Assembly: GCA_048885925.1 (NCBI GenBank)
Contig: JBHLLG010000089.1
Coordinates: forward strand, 1-12,025
Source of the DNA: Candidatus Hermodarchaeota archaeon
Lineage (GTDB): Archaea; Asgardarchaeota; Lokiarchaeia; Sigyniarchaeales; SOKP01
DNA length: 12,025 bases
Direction: 5' to 3'
Under the pieces are notes generated by a model. That model was not told where the DNA came from, did not search any database, and worked only from the letters and a program-made list of their open reading frames with translations. Every line of letters starts with the position of its first letter. The stretch's first letter is position 1. The translations under genes were made by a program, and so were the position numbers. Positions 1 to 6,586 of the stretch are shown one piece after another.

Positions 1-2
1 TG

Positions 3-446
3 CTTGATTAGATATTTAATAACAATCTCATTACCGCTATCAATTCTTCTACCTATCTCATCCTTAAGTATTCTTCTAGCTTTAATATCACCTAACTCTG
101 TTAACTTTTTTAAAATAGGAAACGCTAAATTTCGGTGAAACAAACAAGTATTATATTTGTTTTCTGCCCATATTTGAAAATTGGAACAATGACCCCAAAA
201 TTCTTCTTCAGGAGAAATTTTATAGTTATCTTTAATCTTTTCTAATGATTTATCTAATCTTTCAACTACATCATCTATAGATTCTAGATCCTCAATAAAA
301 CATAGTTCCTTTACTTGAATATCCAATAACAAAAACTTACAATGATTAAATAATCTACCGTTTATATAGATATTAGTCTTAGAATCTTCTAATTTTAAAG
401 TTATAAACTCATTAACGACATAAACTTTATTCTCTAAATTTTTCAT
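3..446 (-). CDS. Partial CDS (runs off the window start): Lokiarchaeia-type conserved N-terminal domain, often found fused to leucine-rich repeats
   Basis: Not in the ORF track. Manual translation from ATG 446 gives 148 open codons: MKNLENKVYVVNEFITLKLEDSKTNIYINGRLFNHCKFLLLDI...SIDDVVERLD...ISPEEEFWGHCSNFQIWAENKYNTCLFHRNLAFPILKKLTELGDIKARRILKDEIGRRIDSGNEIVIKYLIK. These motifs match my recollection of a highly expanded Loki family. Any LRRs would lie outside the window. Confidence 0.85.
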   Translation of the reverse strand, partial: MKNLENKVYVVNEFITLKLEDSKTNIYINGRLFNHCKFLLLDIQVKELCFIEDLESIDDVVERLDKSLEKIKDNYKISPEEEFWGHCSNFQIWAENKYNTCLFHRNLAFPILKKLTELGDIKARRILKDEIGRRIDSGNEIVIKYLIK

Positions 447-561
447 ATTAGTTACTTACTCAATATTCTAATTATTTCTCTTATCGTCTTCATTAGAATC
501 TTGAATAGTAAAATAATTAGAAATGAATTACAATAATATAAAAAAATTTTGTCTATTTATC

Positions 562-591
562 TTTTATTGATACGTACCTCTATCAATAAAA
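562..591. promoter_or_regulatory. 11-bp inverted repeat, candidate operator or hairpin
   Basis: TTTTATTGATA (562-572), an 8-nt spacer, then TATCAATAAAA (581-591), in the intergenic region upstream of the 446 start. The AT-rich context raises the chance of coincidence. Confidence 0.35.
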
Positions 592-764
592 TATTGGCTG
601 ATTTCAATAAAATAATTTTGAAATTCAGAATATATTTTAAAAAAATCACTATGTATAATGGGGAAGAATATCTTTAATCGGTCACATTGTCTATTTGATT
701 CTTCTAAGTTAGTTTAGCTTTAGAACATTATTACCGACAACTTTTTGAAAAAGCAAGTGTCTAC

Positions 765-1115
765 ATGGAGTGTGCAAATTAGATATTAAAGAAAGAAGGT
801 CGTGAAGATGGTGGCTTTTATCTAAAGGATACTAATATATATGTAAAAAATATTGAATTCAAATTTCTCTGCGATGATAAAATTCGAGAATATGAAATTA
901 ATAAATTGATCAGAAAAGCACATCATTTATTTAGAAATGGAAGAGAAATTGAATCACAAGAGGTATTATTAGAAGCTCAAGAAATACACACGGAGTTTTC
1001 TCCGATATTTAAAAGGGTAGAACCAAGAATTTATAAGCAAATGATTACAGATATTCGAAGTGGTTTAAATCGTGTGTTAGATGACGAAATTTTATCATTT
1101 TATTCCTATAATTAA
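765..1115 (+). pseudogene. Hypothetical gene interrupted by an in-frame TAG (includes ORF 906..1115)
   Basis: The frame of ORF 906..1115 is open back to 783. TAG lies at 780-782, and the frame is open again from 708 to 779 with an ATG at 765: MECAN*ILKKEGREDGGFYLKDTNIYVKNIEFKFLCDDKIREYEINKLIRKAHH... Confidence 0.45.
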
Positions 1116-1130
1116 TATGGTGAATTAAGC

Positions 1131-1250
1131 ATGTGCGATTTGAGTGAAGCTGAAAAAATATATCCCATTAATCCTTATTTAAAGGTCTCCTTAATCGAGA
1201 ATAAGACTCATAGAAGTATCAACAGTTCCGGTAAATTATTAAATCGTTGA
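1131..1250 (+). pseudogene. 39-aa ORF, probable truncated N-terminal remnant of the same family as the 3..446 gene
   Basis: MCDLSEAEKIYPINPYLKVSLIENKTHRSINSSGKLLNR*. It has an SD-like GGTGA at 1119-1123 and aligns without gaps to KVYVVNEFITLKLEDSKTNIYIN. Confidence 0.45.
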
Positions 1251-1254
1251 AATT

Positions 1255-1288
1255 TTTTTATCTATGCCTTTTTATCTGTACCTTTTTA
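1255..1288 (+). repeat. Imperfect 14-bp tandem repeat with T-tracts, possible terminator region
   Basis: TTTTTATCTATGCC TTTTTATCTGTACC TTTTTA, immediately after the stop at 1250. Confidence 0.35.
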
Positions 1289-1358
1289 ATAATAGATTTT
1301 TTTTAGGTAGTTAAATAGCAAGTAGAATTTAATTTGATTTGATGATTATATTTTCATT

Positions 1359-1928
1359 ATGGACAATTCAGAGATTATTGTAACTTTTTTTAATATTTTA
1401 GGGAGTATAATTGCTATTGTGGCTATCATAATTGTTATGTGGGATCATTTTAAAGATGATCATCTTCTAACACAAAGAGTTCAGTCATTTTATGAGACAA
1501 TAGAAAACCTGATTTTTACATTTTATTTTGAAGAATATCAAGATGATTCAAATGAAAATGCGTTTCATCATTATGTTTTAATGCAATCTTTAGAGGAGTA
1601 TGGTAAATATCTTGGATTATTCATTAACTCAGAAGGAGATCTGATGTTTGTAAATTTCTATATTAAGGATATAAGATATCTTCTTGATACTTATGGAAAA
1701 TTTGTTGTGGGAAATTTCCGAAAAGGGAGTTCTACCAGACATGATCCATTCTATAGATATCCTCAAAATAGACACATAATTGAAAATGAAGAAGTAATTA
1801 TTATAAAAAAATTTTTAGAGAATCTAAGGAATTATTGGAGAGAAAATTATAGTAAAAGGAAAATATTTAGAAGAAGCTTAAAACCCAAAATAGAATTTAA
1901 TGCTTATTTTAATGTCAGTGAAGACTGA
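1359..1928 (+). CDS. Hypothetical protein with a single N-terminal transmembrane helix
   Basis: 189-aa ORF with a hydrophobic segment IIVTFFNILGSIIAIVAIIIVMW followed by a soluble domain. No family recognised. Confidence 0.7.
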   Translation: MDNSEIIVTFFNILGSIIAIVAIIIVMWDHFKDDHLLTQRVQSFYETIENLIFTFYFEEYQDDSNENAFHHYVLMQSLEEYGKYLGLFINSEGDLMFVNFYIKDIRYLLDTYGKFVVGNFRKGSSTRHDPFYRYPQNRHIIENEEVIIIKKFLENLRNYWRENYSKRKIFRRSLKPKIEFNAYFNVSED

Positions 1929-2217
1929 CATTTCTAATTTAAATAATTTTTCTTCCTTAAAATTTTATTTAAGTTATTGCTAGTCCTTATTTTATTTTTT
2001 AGAAAGTAGTAGGTTATATGATCTTGGAGAATATTTATATTTTACCTTATAAATTGAAAAGAAACGAAATTCCTTAGCGAATAAGTTATAGATTTTACAA
2101 TATAGAATCTAAAATTTAAAAAATTTCGATCTCATCTAGTTTAAAAACGCTACTAAATTTTAATTCATAACATTATATTCTTGAAAAATACCTACAAAAA
2201 GATTAGCTGATTTAAAA

Positions 2218-2676
2218 TTGGTGGATAAATATAATATTAAGGATTTCCCAACACGATTAACGTTAGCAATAAGAACACGAAGTCCTGTACAAAATTTACC
2301 GCAACTTCTTGGTCAATCATATGGGGCTATAATGGAATATTTAGGTCAATTAGGAGAATCTCCTACAGGACATCCTTTTGTAATATATTATAATCTGGAT
2401 ATGCAAGATTTAGATATTGAGATAGGATTTCCCGTATCGAAAAAGTTTCCAGATAAAGAAAGCGTTAAATCAAGTGAAATTCCTGCAGGTAAATACGCTT
2501 CTGCAGTTCATATTGGTGCTTATAGTGAAATGGAGTCAGTGTATAATGCTTTATATCAATGGGTACAAGACAAGGGGCATGAAACTAAAGAATTCGCTAT
2601 TGAACTCTATTATAACGATCCCAATGAAGTAGGATGGGAAAACACTCAAACGGAGGTTCAGTTACCTTTAAAGTAA
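2218..2676 (+). CDS. Stand-alone GyrI-like (AraC effector-binding-type) small-molecule-binding protein
   Basis: Typical pattern P..G.PF.IYY...D.EIGFPV, IPAGKYA...H.G.Y..M...Y.AL..W, E.Y.NDP...TEV.LP. No HTH domain. The start may be TTG 2218 or GTG 2221. Confidence 0.9.
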   Translation: MVDKYNIKDFPTRLTLAIRTRSPVQNLPQLLGQSYGAIMEYLGQLGESPTGHPFVIYYNLDMQDLDIEIGFPVSKKFPDKESVKSSEIPAGKYASAVHIGAYSEMESVYNALYQWVQDKGHETKEFAIELYYNDPNEVGWENTQTEVQLPLK

Positions 2677-2692
2677 TCTTTTTTATTTTCTT
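2677..2692 (+). terminator. Archaeal-type oligo-T terminator candidate
   Basis: TCTTTTTTATTTTCTT directly after the stop codon of the GyrI-like gene. Confidence 0.4.
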
Positions 2693-2767
2693 AATAAATT
2701 TTAATCATGATAGTGACATTAATAAATAAAATAAGATAAAATCTAGAACTATCAAATAAATTGTAAT

Positions 2768-2801
2768 AGATATTAATATTTTATTGATAAGATATTAATA
2801 T
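2768..2801. promoter_or_regulatory. Two palindromic ATATTAATAT boxes with a 22-bp period upstream of 7TM-A
   Basis: AGATATTAATAT occurs at 2768-2779 and 2790-2801. The segment 2770-2801 is also a near-perfect inverted repeat and ends 13 nt before ATG 2815. Confidence 0.4.
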
Positions 2802-2814
2802 AGCCATTGAATAG

Positions 2815-3519
2815 ATGAACATTACAAGATTTGTAACGGTATATATTGTTCAAGGAATAATGTGTGCTTATTTTGCTTTTTTAGCTTATAAAATTCTCAA
2901 ACGAGATAGAAAGCGTCTAAACCTAATATTTGCAGGATTTTATATTAGTAATGTTATTAGTTTATGTATTAATTTTATCTACGCAGCAATTACCGATGAA
3001 ATCATTGTATTGATAATGCATTCTATAACAACTTATTTTGCATTTTATTCTCCTATATTTATATTAGTATTTGAACTATTGGTGTTAAAACCAGAAAAGA
3101 TCAAAAGTCCGAAAAAACAGAAATTAATATTGATTAGTTATGCTGTTATTCTTTCTTTCATGGTGATTTTTCTATCAATAGAAAATTGGGGTGTAGAAAT
3201 TGAAGCTCCTGATTGGACACCTCATTGGATGTTGCCTTTCTTTATTTATTTAGTATCAATTGTATCTATATGTGTCGTAGGTCCCTCATTTTTCATTTCA
3301 TATCGAATATTCAAGAAATTTGAGGATAACCAATTGAGAAAAAAGTGGAAGTCTTTTATTTTTGGATTGGGTGCATTCTATGCCTGTGCATATGGTATTT
3401 TTATTTCGAACTTTTTAAATATCCCTATTTTTAGAACTGTAATAGGAATAATAGATCTAGTCTTGATTATTTCTGGTGGATATTTAATGTATTTTGGAGT
3501 AGGACGTCAATTAGAGTAA
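2815..3519 (+). CDS. Stand-alone seven-transmembrane protein (7TM-A), HisKA_7TM-like receptor fold inferred
   Basis: Seven hydrophobic segments. Basic loops follow TM1 (KILKRDRKR), TM3 (KPEKIKSPKKQK) and TM5 (RIFKKFEDNQLRKKWK). No cytoplasmic output domain. Clear paralog of 7TM-B. Confidence 0.85.
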   Translation: MNITRFVTVYIVQGIMCAYFAFLAYKILKRDRKRLNLIFAGFYISNVISLCINFIYAAITDEIIVLIMHSITTYFAFYSPIFILVFELLVLKPEKIKSPKKQKLILISYAVILSFMVIFLSIENWGVEIEAPDWTPHWMLPFFIYLVSIVSICVVGPSFFISYRIFKKFEDNQLRKKWKSFIFGLGAFYACAYGIFISNFLNIPIFRTVIGIIDLVLIISGGYLMYFGVGRQLE

Positions 3520-3761
3520 ATAGTTTTATTTATTTTAAATAGAAGATGGGAGAACATTCACTTTACTAGGGAGTATCACTCTTCTAAGATTTTCTTTTCT
3601 CATAGATATTCTTATTCATTATTTTCGCCTCTTATAAAACTCTTAATAAAAAATTAGTTGTTAATAATTAAAATATTTGGATATTATTCGCAAAATGGAC
3701 TAATTTCTTCGACATAATTGCCTTTTTATTTTAATGTTGTACTATTACGATGGAAAACCAC

Positions 3762-3786
3762 TAAATATGATCATATTTAAATATGA
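3762..3786. promoter_or_regulatory. Overlapping perfect palindromes (three TAAATATGA half-sites) upstream of the longin-like gene
   Basis: TAAATATGATCATATTTA (3762-3779, 18 bp, perfect) overlaps TCATATTTAAATATGA (3771-3786, 16 bp, perfect). It contains TATA-like TTTAAATA at 3776-3783. Confidence 0.5.
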
Positions 3787-3866
3787 AAGTTTCGTCGTTT
3801 TATAATGTTGTTCATATAAGAATATCATTTAAATGCGATTTGGTTTAATTTACTTCACTGTTCACA

Positions 3867-4322
3867 ATGTTGATTCGAGAAGCTGGTATACTCTTTCATG
3901 GAATTCCCATTGTATTTACTAGTTATCATAGGGCTAGTAAGGACAATTTAAATTTAATTTGCTCAAGTGGATTAATGAGTGGGCTTCTATCTTTCGCAGA
4001 ATGTTTAATGGAGCCTGTTGAATATTTTGAAAGTGATAAATACTCTATAATTTTTAAGAAAGGAACAATAACAGATATATTCAGACATGCACAAGAAATT
4101 GTTGCTTTTATGGTCATAGATAAAGATTATAGACTAGAGAAATATTTAAAGAAAACAATTTTACCTTTACTAAAAAAGTTATTAAATAAATTTGTATCTC
4201 AATTTACTGGTTGTAACCTTATGAAAGTTGGTCAATTTGAATCTTTTAGAAAAGTAATTAATAAAATTTTTGGAACTGGTACTCTAACTTTGGAAGAGAA
4301 GGTTATATCTTTATTGAAATAA
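3867..4322 (+). CDS. Longin-like domain protein (Asgard eukaryotic-signature type)
   Basis: Apparent beta-beta-alpha-beta-beta-beta-alpha-alpha pattern: IREAGIL / GIPIVFTSY / SGLMSGLLSFAECLM / VEYFES / YSIIFKK / IVAFMVID / LKKLLNKFVSQF / FESFRKVINKIF. The fold assignment is by pattern recognition. Confidence 0.7.
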   Translation: MLIREAGILFHGIPIVFTSYHRASKDNLNLICSSGLMSGLLSFAECLMEPVEYFESDKYSIIFKKGTITDIFRHAQEIVAFMVIDKDYRLEKYLKKTILPLLKKLLNKFVSQFTGCNLMKVGQFESFRKVINKIFGTGTLTLEEKVISLLK

Positions 4323-4361
4323 CTAGAAGTATAAATATTTAGGTGAAATAGGCTAATTAAT

Positions 4362-5468
4362 TCAGTTCATACGAGAAAAAAATATTTCCCTAACTTTATT
4401 ATAGAGCGGTCTATTTAGATCAAGACAGTCTACTTTTAAAACTTGAGATCCTCCATTAGGATAGTATGCCATTATAACTGAATCATATAACGTCCAATTC
4501 AAATTACTGAAACCTATATCATATCCAAGTATATTGAACCCTTTCTCAAGAGCAAGAGACATTGAATGTATTCCATTTTGTGTTGTAGGGATTCTCCATA
4601 AAATAATTCTCCAAGCATTATAAGTCTTAAGCAAGTTATTCAATGATTTTTCCTTGATGTAGCCATATAAATTCAATATTCCCTCGTAGAAATCCTTAGA
4701 AACACCATAAAGTTCAAACGATTTCCTTTTTTTCCCTCGATCTAATATTAAAACATCATTATTCATTCTTTTTCGAGCGATATTTTTTATATAATTATAA
4801 AAAAAGATGAAATCTTCATTATCTAATAAATGAATTTCTTTTTCTCTTTGTTTCCATAGGCTCTTAAATATAAGTGAATATAGAAATGCTGCTTCTTCAT
4901 TTACCGGAGGTGGTGGTTTGTTACTTTTAACTTCATATTTCCGTTTATCTCCCAAATTTATAAAAGCTGGGATCAAACCGTAGGGTATTCCACCAGCATC
5001 TTGTATAGTTTTTTGAGCACCAATTTTTATAGTTCGGGCTTCTCCATCAAGTCTTAATACATCTTTGAATTGAGGCATTCTAGTTGCGAAAATGATACCT
5101 GCGGTACCCATTTTAGCAGCCATTCCTATCCCTTGAAATTTTTTCTTTACAACCAATGAACCCGCATGTGCAATATATCTATTTTTCGCAATTAATCCTG
5201 CGCCTCCTATTTCACTATTTTCTAAGAGTTCACCTATAAACCAAAAACTATTTTTCCTAGATAATTCTTTTTTAAAAAGCTCTATATTATAGACATATGG
5301 TTTGATATATTGATAACCATATATCTCCTTAAAAATACTCGAGAGACTTTTTGCATCATCAGGAGTCGCTAATCTTAATCCGAATTCTTGACCCTCTCTT
5401 GATAAAAACTTTTGAATATATACAGATTCCTCTTGTAATCTAGTATATTTTTTACTTATAGAATGCAT
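4362..5468 (-). CDS. GNAT-family N-acetyltransferase with a C-terminal extension (possible degenerate second GNAT fold)
   Basis: GNAT start LRLATPDDA, acetyl-CoA motif A LVVKKKFQGIGMA, and GEART...AQK. The C-terminal ALEKGFNILGY resembles a second motif B. Confidence 0.8.
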   Translation of the reverse strand: MHSISKKYTRLQEESVYIQKFLSREGQEFGLRLATPDDAKSLSSIFKEIYGYQYIKPYVYNIELFKKELSRKNSFWFIGELLENSEIGGAGLIAKNRYIAHAGSLVVKKKFQGIGMAAKMGTAGIIFATRMPQFKDVLRLDGEARTIKIGAQKTIQDAGGIPYGLIPAFINLGDKRKYEVKSNKPPPPVNEEAAFLYSLIFKSLWKQREKEIHLLDNEDFIFFYNYIKNIARKRMNNDVLILDRGKKRKSFELYGVSKDFYEGILNLYGYIKEKSLNNLLKTYNAWRIILWRIPTTQNGIHSMSLALEKGFNILGYDIGFSNLNWTLYDSVIMAYYPNGGSQVLKVDCLDLNRPLYNKVREIFFSRMN

Positions 5469-5524
5469 TTTAATCGCTGACGAATTACCTTTTTTAAGGA
5501 ACTAATTAATACTTTTCAAACGAA

Positions 5525-5540
5525 TATTTATAAAACTTTC
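5525..5540 (-). promoter_or_regulatory. Candidate BRE/TATA promoter of the GNAT gene
   Basis: The minus strand reads GAAAG-TTTTATAAATA: a purine-rich BRE-like stretch, then TTTATAAA at 5534-5527, about 60 nt upstream of ATG 5468. Confidence 0.5.
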
Positions 5541-5560
5541 TTTTTTTCACGTGAAAAAAA
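5541..5560. promoter_or_regulatory. 20-bp perfect palindrome centred on CACGTG
   Basis: TTTTTTTCACGTGAAAAAAA, extendable to 5537-5565 with one bulge. It abuts the BRE/TATA candidate. Confidence 0.45.
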
Positions 5561-5570
5561 AGAAATATGA

Positions 5571-5617
5571 TGAAACAATAAATGTTAAAATTGATAATAC
5601 AAACATTTATTCTTTCA
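5571..5617. repeat. 16-bp-arm inverted repeat (1 mismatch, 15-nt loop) downstream of 7TM-B
   Basis: TGAAACAATAAATGTT (5571-5586) pairs with AACATTTATTCTTTCA (5602-5617). Confidence 0.45.
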
Positions 5618-5645
5618 ATTTCTATAAAGCTTAAGCAGATTAATA

Positions 5646-6410
5646 TTATTGTTTTAATTTAAAACCAATTCCATAGTACATTAAAGAAACCCAAATTATT
5701 ACTGTCATTGTATATAAACTAATAATAAAATTAAAAGTAGGATTTTCCCCTCCTAGATACTTAAAATAATTAATTAGATTGTTACTAAAAACGATATATG
5801 CCATACTAAATGATCCAAATACACCAACCAAAAAACAAAACCATTTTTTTTTTAGAGTTTTCGTTTCAAAACTGTTGTAAATCTTTATGGACGTGATTAT
5901 TATTGGTATTATTTCAAAAGCAGAAATCATGAAAATTATAAAAATAAAAAACGGTGGAGCCCAAATTATTCCCGATTCCGTTGGTTTAACACCCCAGAAC
6001 TTACCTTCCCCTAAAGATTCTTCGCCAAGGAGAAAGCAAAATATGAACATTCCGATAAAAAGTGCTATGCCATAGATCATTATATATCGATTTTGTCTTT
6101 TTTCAGAATATATTATTGTAGATTCTAATATTATCCAATTTACAACAAGAATAAATACTGGTCCAAAACATATGAGAAATATAGCAGAAAAATGAAAAAT
6201 CAATATAGCTGTTAAATCTGTGATCACGTAATAAATCATATTTAAACATAAACTAATAGTGGTACATATAAAAAATCCACTAATAATAAAATTTAGTCGT
6301 TGCTTTTTTCTTTTTATTATTTTGTAAGCCAAAATTGAGAAAAAAATCACGTAAATTCCAAAAACCACATAGATTGTTATGAATCTTCCTGTGTCAATTT
6401 GAAAGAACAT
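5646..6410 (-). CDS. Stand-alone seven-transmembrane protein (7TM-B), paralog of 7TM-A
   Basis: Shares RF.T.Y.V.GI, LAYKI.KR...RLN, ISLC.N.IY..ITD, P.FILV, WGV, W..PFFI, FE...L.KKW..F..G and LMY.G.G with 7TM-A. I moved the start from GTG 6422 to ATG 6410 because that GTG lies inside an SD-like GGTGA about 8 nt upstream of the ATG. Confidence 0.85.
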   Translation of the reverse strand: MFFQIDTGRFITIYVVFGIYVIFFSILAYKIIKRKKQRLNFIISGFFICTTISLCLNMIYYVITDLTAILIFHFSAIFLICFGPVFILVVNWIILESTIIYSEKRQNRYIMIYGIALFIGMFIFCFLLGEESLGEGKFWGVKPTESGIIWAPPFFIFIIFMISAFEIIPIIITSIKIYNSFETKTLKKKWFCFLVGVFGSFSMAYIVFSNNLINYFKYLGGENPTFNFIISLYTMTVIIWVSLMYYGIGFKLKQ

Positions 6411-6586
6411 GATTTTTTTCACCAGTTATTTATGCATTAATTCTAAAAAATTAGGTATTAGTTCTTTTTTAATTAATATATTATTCAAACTTGGATTTAA
6501 ATAAATTTGCTTGAACAATAATTGAATTCCAATTTTTGATTGGCTTCTTAATAAAAAATTATTAACTGTTATATAAATAAATTAAA

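Noticed and set aside
2815-3519. 7TM proteins as rhodopsins (schizorhodopsin or heliorhodopsin)
   Set aside because: Neither paralog has a retinal-binding Lys in mid-TM7 (no DxxxK or SxxxK), and neither has an RYxxW-like TM3 motif.
3535-3603. 22-aa minus-strand ORF MRKENLRRVILPSKVNVLPSSI
   Set aside because: Too short, with no homology or other support; expected by chance.
3926-4117. 63-aa minus-strand ORF
   Set aside because: Lies entirely antisense within the longin-like CDS and has no recognisable motif.
5563-5617. SECIS-like element (ATGA...AA...GA near a hairpin)
   Set aside because: The ATGA is on the strand opposite the flanking genes and the pairing does not give the tandem G-A core. 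The TGA-ending ORFs I checked (1928, 4362, 8533) hit another stop within a few codons, so no selenoprotein is evident.
5887-6075. 62-aa plus-strand ORF
   Set aside because: Antisense shadow of 7TM-B, which is supported by paralogy.
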